A stretch of DNA of 64,000 bases from Bugula neritina (taxonomy: Eukaryota; Animalia; Bryozoa). Below, piece by piece: positions 53,601-64,000 of this stretch. The translations under genes were made by a program, and so were the position numbers. Under the pieces are notes generated by a model. That model worked only from the letters and a program-made list of their open reading frames with translations, made no database searches and was not told the origin of the DNA. Numbering within the stretch: position 1 is the stretch's first letter; each line of letters begins with the position of its first letter. Location: contig OZ037765.1 in assembly GCA_964035545.1 (NCBI GenBank), forward strand, positions 30,813,504-30,877,503, given 5' to 3'.

Positions 53601-56600
53601 ACAGATTGTCTAACTTTACTTAATCTTTAATTTGACCTTCACAAATAGACTGATTGCAACATCCCTTCGGAATAGTTCACAGCTCTGTGCAGCACTGAGT
53701 ATAATAGAGTTTGGTTAGTTGTTTAGTCTGCACTACTCCAGTTTGAGAAGTGGCCAATATGGCTCAATACCATTTATAATTGTTTAATTGGTTTTTGATC
53801 ATTTAGAATTTTGTGAAGTTCATTATATCCACATGAAAAGGAAATAAACTTTAGATAGGAAATCTTTCAGCTCCAACACTTGTATTTATATTCCACTGCT
53901 AATTGTTCTCCAATTACTCAAAGATTTAGTCTGTCAATAGAAAAGTTCTGGTATTCTTTGAAGTCCCTAGAAAGAAATATTTCTCCGAGTGCATTTGATT
54001 GCTAAATAAATTGCCTAATTTATTAGAGCCTTCCACTATTACACAACCTGGCCAGCTTCCCTCCAGCTTTCCCTAGCAATAGACTGGACCATATGGTTCA
54101 GTCTGCAGGACCTACTCCTACTAAACATGCCCACACACCTCTTCTTTTGCCCTCCTCTCATAAAACACGGGAAAGAACAAGTTTAATAACTGAAATTCAT
54201 TTCCTATGTTGACAAATTACCTGCTTTCTTCAAAAGATGTGAAACAGATTGTGGCTTTTCAGATTGTGCTGAGAAATTCTTTGGAGACTTCATCGAAATT
54301 TGAATAATTATATTGAACTACTTTTCATCATGTTTTTTTAACTCTCAATCATAGCAAAAGTTGTAAATTTTGACTAGTACACTTTTATTCAGAAAATATG
54401 AAATAAGCTGATATATTGCATTTATGAATTCTCTATCAATTGTTCAACACAGGAGCAGGTGCATGATGGACTGGGTCTGGCGATGAAAACCTGCAAAAAC
54501 TTTAAAGTTAGAATCAACTCTGTTCAAGCAATACAAATGGCCGCCATCCGAAGTAAATATGGCGGCCCAGAGCTATTCTCGAGGATTTGGAAGAATGTGG
54601 TGGAAGCTATGAATGAATCGGCGAATGCAGAAGATTTCACTGACTACAAGCACATTAGTTCTCTGTCTCATCAGGTAGATGGTAACTCTTCTCATACCAA
54701 TACACTGTCCAGCTAATCTGTATGCAGTAGCAGATATGCTAATAGTCTTAACTCTATTCTCGTATCCATAATCCTATCTGTAGTGAAATAGCTCACTCAC
54801 TCATTACTTTCATATGCACTATTTAAATTCTAATAGGTGATTTTCATATTCTTACTGGAACTTAGACACTTCAAATGCGTATTTTTTGCTACCATCAACT
54901 TGATAGTAAATAAAGATATTAGTGTTGGGAGAGGTGTCTTGCCATGACTGGGAATAAAATTTACTAGTTCTTTTCTATGAGAAAGTGTTTTAATTTGATG
55001 ATCAAATTAACTTAGGATGATTTCTATTTTGCGGTTATTTACTTTATATAAGTAACAGTGCATTTGACATTTGTGAGTAGTTATATTGAGATTTGTCAAA
55101 TTTAATTTAGTTAAATTGTCAAAACTGCCTATTCTTGTGGGTATATCTTAACACTGTAGAGTTAGCTGTGGTGAAGCTAACCAATGCCCCTTTCATTTTC
55201 TATAGTCTCTCTAAAGTTAACATCTCCAACCACAATTGCTGTAATGGTTATTTGTTCCATGAACCTAAACAGACGGTCAATACCGCATTAACATAGTGAG
55301 GTTACTTGAAAACATTCACCCATACTTTAATAACTTGTAAGGACCATTTTCTGTAAATTTATAGTGTTTTTCCAATGCTAGAAAAAAGACTGGCTGTGTA
55401 TATATAAAGCTGTTATACACAAAACTTGATGTTTTTGCCCATATATTTTACAGTCAATAACAGAATTGTATCACAAAATAAAAATGACATAATTTTTTGA
55501 CTCATTTTCCAAGTTCAGTGCTTGTTTGCATCACCTCTGGGTGACCTTTGATGCCATCATATTTAAATAACTGAATATCCTCGTAAGCTTTCTTCAGTGC
55601 ACTCTGATACATCAGAATTTCTAAACTTTTTGAGTTCAAATTTTATAATTATTACTATGACACCTCATATTACACTTACATAACTGCCATAGAAACAATG
55701 ATGATCCACATTGTTTTTAACTCATCCGGATAACAATTATAAAGCATTTTGTAATTAAGATTAAGTAAAGAGATAATAGCAGTATTTATTAAGACTTGAC
55801 ACCTATTTGCTTAGCTCTTTGCAGTCTTAAAGTAATTAGTGTAATTATTTATTATACTTTAACAGGTTACAGTGTTTTGTAATGCAGGTCTGAGCACCTG
55901 ATGTAATCACCCTTCAAGAAATCTCTCCTAATTTATCAAATATATTTCAAAGTATAGCGTGAGATAATATTAGATAGACTATAGCATGCTATTCTTGTCT
56001 ACCTCAGCTCCTTGCCATTACAGGTGAATCAAATTCTAATACTGCTAATAAAAACATAAGAAATTCACAAAAAAAACATTATTCAAATGTTAAGACTAAA
56101 CATAGCAGTATAATATTTTGAGTGACTAGGTATTTAATTATGTTCCCAATTTGTGACTACAATAAAGGAATTAAGTTATTGATACGTTTGGTTCAATGCA
56201 TGAAGTTTGATTCAATATATGGATTGACTTTTTCTTTTTATTAATATTCATATTGTTGACAGACTGGCATCTAACATTAGTTATGAAAATTTAGAGTTCA
56301 GATAGCAACTCGCACCTGGTTGAGAGAATGTAGCCATAAAATATGAATATTATTTTCCGTTCTGTGCGTTTAAAGCCAGACAATTGTCAAATATTAGATG
56401 GAAACCCAAAAATTGAAAAGCTTAACTCTGGCTTGACGCCAATCAGAAGCATTGGTTAGCCGTACAGTGTGCACCTGTCTGCTCTCTCTTTGCTTGCCTA
56501 TTCAGTTGTTGGAAAAACAATCTGTAACCAAAAATAAAGGATGATAAATTGGATTAAGTTGGAGAAAACTTAAATATTAGTAAAATATTTAGGGCTGAAA

Positions 56601-59427
56601 ATATTAGTGAAATATAGCTCAGGTGGTTTGAGGTGTGATTCCAGCGACTATCGCAAAGTGTTAATTTTGAGGAAGTAGAGACTAAGACTAGAGGGCAACA
56701 TTTCACTTCATTGCAAACCTGCATTTGACCTCTTTAGCTGCATGAAACATCTAGCCTGCATGTCTATAAAACCTGACTACACATCCCAATGATCTCTGAC
56801 TAAACATAATTTATGACTATTTGATTTAAAATCTGCGCCAATGCCCTTTATTAGGATGTGGAGATCTCTGAGATTAGTCATTAAAATATCTTATTATGTT
56901 ATTCTGTTATTCACATCAGGTGTCTGTTTGCCGTGAAATACAAGAGACAATAGCTTTGCTCTGCTCTCAAATATTTGATGTTGAAATTAAAACTGCATAG
57001 CGATGGCTGCCAAAATGTCATTTACTCAATACTGATACAGTGCAACAAAAAACCATGAAATTCTCATCACTTACAACACCATAGTCTCAGTTCTTGGCTA
57101 CGACAATCTTAATTAAATCTGTGAGGGGGTGTGTTTCCTTCCTTTACTTGTTCATGTAAAATGTTTAACATATTTTGTGCTAATTACTATCTCCAACTCA
57201 TGTTTTTTCTGCTAACAATTAATCTTGTGGAAGGATAAGAATAGTAAATTAAAGTACCATTAAGCTAAGTGCACATATCACATCTCTTGGCCTCGATGAC
57301 AAGTGAGTGCAGGTTATGCAAATGTGACACATTGTGAAAGTTATCTATAGGCTATCGTATCAGACATCATCATTCTTAGCTTATCATTTATTTTTCTTGT
57401 CTGATTTTTAATTCATCAGTGAAATTGTGACACTTGGTTAATATGAATAACACCAATTTATGGTGATTTTTCTAGGCTTGTTTATTGCGATATTTCAAAT
57501 AGATAAAAATAATTACTGTCGGAAATTCTCTCTAATTTCATGCCATTTTCTTGACATTTTTATTTATTTCTGTATAATAATTATTGCGTATTAAAATACA
57601 TCTAGTAAATATTTATTCTGTTTGTGTATATTTGTTAAGAAGTTTATTACTATTAATATAATAATCTAGTAGTTGAACTAATGATTTGTGTTGATAAAAT
57701 GGACATCAATTGGGAAATTATGGAGCAGGTTTCGATGGTTTTATTCAAAAATGTGTACATTGCATTGGTTAATTTTTAAATTAGTTTCAAGAAATCTAAA
57801 TTTTGCTGAACATTTGTTATAAAAAAGCTGTATTGTAATTTATTAAACAAGATTCATAATATCTAAAATTTACAAAACATTTTTTATAAATACATTTATT
57901 GTTGTAATTTATACAAACTATGCAGCTATTTTCACTCATTTATGAGTTTGTTATAACTTCAATTAATGCTGAAGAGATCAATGATTTGGGTTTGTGGGTT
58001 GCTAATTGGCCTTTTGTATCAGAAAGTATAAAACCACAGCTTCAACCTCAGTTATTATATAATAATCAATTTATGTTGATACAAGCCGGCCAACCACTGG
58101 CATGTGCTGGTGGTAGCCATGTGGTGGTACATTGGTCAAAGGTCCTAGTATTTCCACTGATTGGTTACTAAATAGTTTGTATCATGTAGATATTAGTATC
58201 TTACATTTTGTTGTGTATTCTTTCAATACTTTTCTATTCTTAGCGCTGTTTCATGTGGTAATGATTGTTGGCCACTTTAATTTACTTTTAGAACAATTAA
58301 CATAATTATATTTAAACTACTCTACTCTAAAATAAACTTATTTATTCTAGGTTTCATGTAATGAAACTTAGAGTAAACATAATAGTTCATGTGTAGAGCA
58401 TTATGTAATACTACATGTGGCTGCTGTCAATGCTGCCTCTACATCAGTTCTCCCTGTTTGCAGTTATCAAAGGCCATTCTACATCTCACATCACTGCTAG
58501 AAGCTGATGATTTAGTTTTACTCCGTGCTGTACTCTTTGGCAAAGAAAACACAATCAAGAGTTTCTTGGAGAAGTCACCTGAAAATTTAGGTAGTTTTTA
58601 TACCTCTTTCCTAGTTTCTGGGTAGATATTAATCAGGAACAACCTCTTGCATATGGAAACATTTTCTGAGGTCAAACATGAAAAATTTATCACTGAAAAT
58701 GAGAAAAGAGTCAATACTTGGTTTGTGTAGGTTTTGAATGCCTATTTTGACAGCCAAGTTCAGTATGCGAGTATTATGAGAAAAAGATGATAGAATGGGC
58801 ATTGACTTGTTTAAGGAGTATTATTCTATAAGAAAGGAAGCATTCAATATCTACTTGCCTAGTTGGAAACTGATCTACTTGTAAATTCGAAAACAGTTTT
58901 AAAAATTTCCGTTGAGTAAGAAAGTTTCCAACATGAGTTAGTACAGTATGTAATAAGATTGCATGTAACTTCCGTGTGTGGTTTTTTTTGTCTTAAATTT
59001 TGTTTTATATTAATTAGTTAAAATCAGTTTATCTAAGTAGAGAAAAAAATATATACATTATTTTGAATGTAGTATTTGAACAAATCATGTTTGTCTGTCC
59101 CCAGGCGTTGGCTCTTCTCTTACTAATCACTCAACACTGGATATTTTGTTCTGGATCTGTTTGAACATGGCTACCATTTATCTTCCAGTGGCACTTTTAT
59201 TGCCTCCCAAGTTACTCCCTGACTTTGTATTATCTCCTCACTCAACAGATTATTGTTTTCATTCAACAGATAGAAAAGTCTGTCTCAGTCACCTCAACAG
59301 TCTGGAGAAGAAGGGGTTGGATGCCGAGAAGCTGTCTGTAGTAAACTCGCTGACAGCGATATTGGCAGCGACTGATACTGGTTGGTATACGCTCAATTCA
59401 TACTTAATTTCGGGCAATGAGATGTAA
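38589..59427 (+). CDS. HEATR6: HEAT repeat-containing protein 6, about 1118 aa
   Basis: 24 in-frame exons: 38589-38798, 39453-39560, 39802-39945, 40596-40714, 41497-41602, 41978-42073, 42389-42618, 43361-43511, 44073-44183, 44436-44512, 45225-45357, 46459-46558, 46885-47015, 47944-48110, 48531-48620, 49131-49212, 49947-50174, 50585-50832, 51180-51343, 52342-52418, 53275-53352, 54453-54674, 58464-58590, 59270-59427 (3357 nt). Motifs: SESESDYSDTE, FGYWASFFP, PFTPFS, PIRLEALQVL, DPSVQLHGAK, VRALGNLL, MKVRWNASYALG, CKNFKVRI. The extreme C-terminus is uncertain because of a possible donor at GATACTG|GTTGGT. Confidence 0.93.
41619..41730. repeat. Imperfect (CA)n microsatellite
   Basis: Visible run; it explains the HT and VC repeat ORFs. 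Confidence 0.95.
42634..42852. repeat. Minisatellite, 30-bp unit CATATAATRTAATATYACATCTTATATAGC, about 7 copies
   Basis: Visible 30-nt periodicity just after the donor at 42619. Confidence 0.92.
42891..43246 (-). mobile_element. Interspersed repeat, copy 1 (Helitron-like 3' end)
   Basis: Colinear similarity to 47031-47416. Both copies start sharply at ACTAGGCCGGTGTT. Repeat status is well supported; the class is inferred. Confidence 0.6.
44520..44740. repeat. Two short arrays: a 23-bp unit (44520-44600) and a 15-bp unit AGTRAGTAGTATAAT (44612-44740)
   Basis: Visible tandem units after the donor at 44513. Confidence 0.85.
45374..45815. repeat. About 440-bp polypyrimidine/polypurine (CT-rich) tract
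   Basis: Almost exclusively C/T on the + strand; it explains the SPL-rich and ERG-rich ORFs. Confidence 0.97.
46563..46765. repeat. Minisatellite, about 22-bp unit with self-complementary core GTAATACAGTATTAC
   Basis: Degenerate copies starting a few nt after the donor at 46559. Confidence 0.85.
47031..47416 (-). mobile_element. Interspersed repeat, copy 2 (Helitron-like 3' end)
   Basis: Shares the blocks GTGTGAATCTTCACTGG, TACCTCTCTACACAACAC, ACGAAGCTTC, CTATGTAACT, TTTTGCCAAGT and GGTACRGCTT with 42891-43246. Confidence 0.6.
47671..47921. mobile_element. Palindromic (foldback) MITE, 251 bp, AAAT target-site duplication
   Basis: Arms of about 125 bp are near-perfect reverse complements (GTGACCCAGGCAGTCAGAAAAGCAC...GTGCTTTTCTGACTGCCTGGGTCAC) with no spacer. 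AAAT lies at 47667-47670 and 47922-47925. Confidence 0.88.
48643..48697. repeat. Short tandem repeat, 19-bp unit TACATAGACCTCTTACTAY, about 3 copies
   Basis: Visible just after the donor at 48621. Confidence 0.8.
50485..50596 (+). repeat. 30-bp tandem repeat containing a HEATR6 splice acceptor, 4 copies
   Basis: ATATTGTAG|ACCAATCAGCAG, with the AG ending at 50494, 50524, 50554 and 50584. Confidence 0.95.
52888..53279 (+). repeat. 23-bp tandem repeat of a fused acceptor/donor site, 17 copies
   Basis: GTATTACTATATTGTAG|GTGART. The AG ends at 52906+23n up to 53274, which is the true acceptor. Confidence 0.97.
53405..53538 (+). repeat. 11/22-bp tandem repeat CAGTCAGTGTGTAGTCAGTATA
   Basis: Visible array about 50 nt after the donor at 53353. 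Confidence 0.92.
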
Positions 59428-60440
59428 CGGCCACACGGCCACTTACTAATTGCTTCTCTTGTCACTGAATGCTTTGCGATGATGCGTGACGTGAGGGAGC
59501 AAGTATGTAACATGGGGGAAAGTGCCGGCCACCTGCCTGCGTAAGAGAGAGTTTAACTGTATTACTCACTGCTCGTTTAATTTGTCTTCTTCCGGTAAAA
59601 TGTTACAAACTACAATGAGACATGCGGGTCAATGATGACAGGTGTACTTACAAAACACTGTAATACGCTATAGATACTTTAGTAGAGCCCAATGAAAACT
59701 CGTATGGAACCAAAAATAAAAGCAAACACTATGATTTGTGATATGAACCTTCGTATGTTTTACCAGCTACACACAGCTGTATAATTCAAATTAGTTTCTC
59801 AAAATGTGCACCAGTAACAAAAGTTTTAGTTTGTGTGCCAGCAAAAATTGCAATGACTTATTTTTTTTAAATTTCCTTTTAAAATTATTGGAGATTGAAG
59901 TTATATTTGATTTAATTATTAGCTGTGAAATACCACTTACTTTTTTTAATGTAAAAGCAGCAAAGCTCTGAAGTCATAAAACATAATATATTAAAATTAA
60001 TAGAAAATTTATCTGGCTACAGGCCAAAGCTAACTATAACGGAATTTCATTGTAATCAGCTATAAGTTATAATATTTTCCAACATTGGGTTGTGACAGTT
60101 TTTCTGATGGGCCGCACCTGGTGTGCTATAATTCAGGTGGGTTGAGCTGATAGTCTAAATGGTGCATCTTCCGCTATATTTGGGCAGATTTAATCCCAGA
60201 CTGGCATTATTTGACTATTAATAGTGCAGACAGTTGACACGAGATTATATCATTGCAAAATAAGACTGGACTGTAAATCCGTCAGTAAAGTTCTGTGTTT
60301 GGAATCTGGTGTTTTCTTGAAGCTTGTCTGCTTTTTATAGGAGAGAATTTTTCTGATTTTTTTCTGACTTTGCTATAAAAGTTGACTGGGTAAATGGAAA
60401 GTGTAAAATATCAGAACATTGTTCATATTATAATTAAATA

Positions 60441-61756
60441 GGGGTAACGGGGGCACAACGGTCATAGGGGTACAAAAAGCCGGCCAAATTGTGAGAGAAC
60501 TTATTGACTTAGAGTTGTGATTTTTTTTTCATAAAAAGATATTGACATAATTATTCAGCCTTTGTAGTTTCAACACTTGTGGAACATTCGTGTTGAAAAG
60601 GCAAGTAAAAAACTGTTTTTACCTACTTTTTGTAAATTTTTTAGGATGTCGTTGAAGCCTTATAACTTTTTACACTCAAAGGCAAGAAGCCTAGATTTTA
60701 CTAATATTGTTGCCATTGCTTGCCTCTACAATGCTCTACTAGTATAACAGCAAACACTGAAATAAATTTTCCTTGAGGCACATTTATTTTCAATTTGGCC
60801 ACACGGGGCACAATGGGCCATGCTGACCGGGGCACAATGGGCCACCTGATTATTGCACCCTGATCACTGTTATTAGTTTGTTTGCCCAAAAAGTTGGCTG
60901 AAATGTTACTAAAATCTATAAATATAGCCATTTCTGACCTTTTTGTAAAATATCAAAGACATCATGGTAAGACTACAAAACTACAAGGTGAAGTTCCCCT
61001 AATATATATACATCTGGTGAGGTTAAAGCTTTGCCATTTTATACATAAAACAAAACACCCTGCTGTTGCTACTAGTAGATAGTCATGATAATCATTATAT
61101 ATTACACCATTGAGAGAATATACATGCATTTGACTGAAATAAATTGTGATTTGCTCATTTGCTCCCCCCTCTCCCTTCTGTACTCCAGTCACAAACCTCA
61201 GCCATGCACCTTAGCTACAGTTCATTGAAAAAAGTTCACTCAGAATTTTGTAATACATTTTAGTAAAGTTTTTTTTTAATAAACGTTGCTCTGAAGTGAA
61301 AATAACAAAACATTTTTAGTTTTAAACGGTAATGATAATGGCACTGCAGAACCGAGTGACGTGCGTTTGATTTTGCCTTCCTCTGCTATCCGTAGTAGCA
61401 CAAACTGTACAGCTAAAACATGAATTTTGCTGTAGATCTGAAAGAGTATCTTTATTTATTTGTATTATTAAATAAATAAAAATCAGATATAACAAAATAC
61501 GCAAAATTTCAATATATTTGTTGTGTTCCACCCAGTGGTCCATTGTACCCCGGTACCGGGGCACAATGGGCCAATTTTTTCGTCATGAAAATTTCATTAT
61601 TCTGAAAGTTGTGAAAGAGATAGAAACAACAAACTGGTACCTGTAATACACAACAGATGTAGCATTAAGACTAGATATTATTGAACTAGTAACTTGAAAA
61701 ACAGACGAATTAGAGCAACAAATGCAAAATTCGGCCCATTGTGCCCCCGTTACCCC
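60441..61756. mobile_element. Non-autonomous DNA transposon, 1316 bp, TA-flanked (Tc1/mariner/pogo-like)
   Basis: TIRs GGGGTAACGGGGGCACAA ... TTGTGCCCCCGTTACCCC, with TA on both sides (60439-60440 and 61757-61758). Internal copies of GGGGCACAATGGGCCA. No transposase ORF. Confidence 0.85.
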
Positions 61757-64000
61757 TACTCATTGAAATGAAATTCTAGTTGTATAAAGATTAAGAAATT
61801 CAAGCTACTACATATTTTGTTTTGGCAATACCTTGGTTCTGGTAGGTAAAAGATGTAAGGTTGTTGTAGGTGTGTTTTAATAAAGTAGGTGGGAGGTTCA
61901 AAGAACACATGTGTCCATCTCCTAAACCCTTCAATTCTAAAACAAAAACTATTGTTAATATCTCCACTTTTTCCTACTGCTAGCCCATCTATGCTATTTG
62001 TAGATATTTTTTACCCTCTATTTTCTACAGTTTCTTATTCATATCCGATGAATCACGGCAACCTGCAAATGAATGGTCTATTATAAACAATGATACACCT
62101 AATCTTATGTAATAATACTAGGATCAATCTTTGTCAGCATAATTCCCCTCTTTATTTCTTACTATCTATAAGGAATAAACTGCTACATGCCCTTCGCAGC
62201 ACGCCTCACGTCATTTTGTAAGCCTTTCAATTTACATAAAGAATTGCTTTTCAATATGCATATTTGTCTGGACTACACCCCATCTAAATACAGTCTTGAG
62301 TTTGGCTGTTTTTCTGCTCATCCTTAGCTAATATTGATACAGTATTGCCTTTCAAGCGGCTTAGTCACCTTGTCGTCAACTATAAAGAAAATTAGCAGTG
62401 TTATTAAAATTACGTGACCCTATAAGCTTGTGCATAATGCATAAAATATGCTTAATTCCGGTCTTAGTAAACAATAAAGAAGTGCAGGTTTTGAAAATCA
62501 TATTATGTGATAATACAGAGTGAGAAGGCTAGGGTTGGTGCAAATGATTTATTTAAATTAATTTTCATTATGAAATAATATCATTTATGTTAACAAGTGA
62601 TTGCAAAATAAGAAAATCAATAAATGTGAATGAGTTAGATATTACATAATTTACTTGAGTTCAGAATTAATTGCGTGTCGAAAAGGCTAAATGTAAATTA
62701 ATTTTATGAGTACTCAGAGTTATTTAAATATTTTATTCATCAAAGTACATTTATTGTTTAGAAATTTGTGTTCTTGCTAATAAAAACTCATGGATTACTG
62801 TATAATCTTTTTCATGAGAGATTTAAAATGTTACATACATGGCTATCATTATGCATAACTTGGCTATTACAAGTACACAAAGTTCATCTTTCCCATCTTT
62901 TAAGTTTAGTACATAATCTGCATCTTCTCTTTTCTAACATAATTGTAAAAATTGAACTCAAAAACTCTCCTCCATTTGCTATTTCGTATATGCTTAGAGT
63001 AGGGAAAATATGAATCAGTTTGCAATTTTAAAATATGTACGTGCAGTTAGTTTTTTCTCTTACTGTTCAGGAAAATACTAAAGTTCATGACTTATTTTTA
63101 AATGTAAGCTGAAGTAATTTGGTTAAATCTGGTATCACATATTACTCTGCATAAATTGGTTTTTGCATTTTTCTCAAAATTTCATCATTACTGATTGGCC
63201 TTTAAATTTTGATTTCTAATCAATCAGAGCACACTAGTCCAGTTTGTAAACATAAAGTGGGTCACAAGGCAGTCGTTGGGTATATTAATATATAGGTATT
63301 TTGACCAAATTAGAAGAGTTTTATTGTGCTTTCCATTTGATATGAAACTAGAGTACTATGTTCTCTAAGATCCTATCAAGTATTCTCATCAAAATTACTA
63401 GCAAAGGTTTACTAGAAATATGTGTTTTACTTTTGGTTTATCTGATATGAAATTATGAATTTGTAGCTAATTCCCTGCAGTTATGAGATGATTTGCATCA
63501 TAAAACTGTACATCAGGTTTTTTATAACAAGTTTTCACAGACTTCAAAAAAGTTTAATGAGTTGTTCGTTGTAGAATACGAGTGGCAAGTCATTAGGGGT
63601 TAAGTAGGCCTTAATAAATCTTCTTCATCCAGTACTATGCAGTCAACTCAAATATGTTATTGAATATTATACATTATAATTGTCTGCATATGAATATGCT
63701 ATGCATAAATTTGAATAAATACCCCATAATTTTAGAAGTCGAAGCTGAGAAATCTCTCAAATCAACATTTAAACCCAGTTATGACTAATTCTGTTTTGGA
63801 GAAGAATCATATCAGTCTCCCTGCACTTGAGGTATTCTTACAATCATAATTAAATGTGTGCCTCTTTTGTAGTTTATTATAGCTGCTATTTTATGCGTTC
63901 TTTATCATCAATTTACATCAATCAGCTAAGTTTATTAACATTTCATCTGTTTTTTAAGTTGTTTTTTGCCATTAAACAACATTGATGAAACAATTTTCAA

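Noticed and set aside
54675-58463. Nested gene or autonomous transposon in the 3.8-kb HEATR6 intron
   Set aside because: No long ORF, recognisable domain or paired termini; probably decayed repeats.
59423-59607. Solo LTR (TGTAAC...GTTACA)
   Set aside because: No matching target-site duplication, no second copy, and no primer-binding site or polypurine tract.
61760-64000. Coding exons at the right end of the window
   Set aside because: Only short ORFs without recognisable motifs or a consistent splice chain.

Overview
AT-rich, intron-dense nuclear DNA from an invertebrate animal; the species cannot be determined from the sequence alone. Splicing by hand gives five protein-coding genes whose exon phases all join in frame. 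TOPBP1 is on the - strand (26 exons, 1145 codons in the window; the BRCT7/8 end runs off the left edge) and is head-to-head with MAF1 (+, 6 exons, 244 aa). An SPSB3-like SPRY/SOCS-box gene (+, 281 aa) converges on EIF3H (-, 6 exons, 329 aa), which is head-to-head with HEATR6 (+, 24 exons, about 1118 aa). Mobile DNA comprises a tRNA-derived SINE, a 251-bp palindromic MITE, two copies of a Helitron-like repeat and a 1.3-kb non-autonomous TA-flanked DNA transposon. The most unusual signal is that tandem repeats cluster at splice sites and sometimes duplicate them. The extreme case is in HEATR6: 17 copies of a 23-bp unit, each a fused acceptor/donor (AG|GTGA). This resembles an array of recursive-splicing ratchet points, and only the last copy opens the real exon. 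No CRISPR array, rRNA or intact tRNA gene was found. Gene identities rest on recalled motifs, not database searches.
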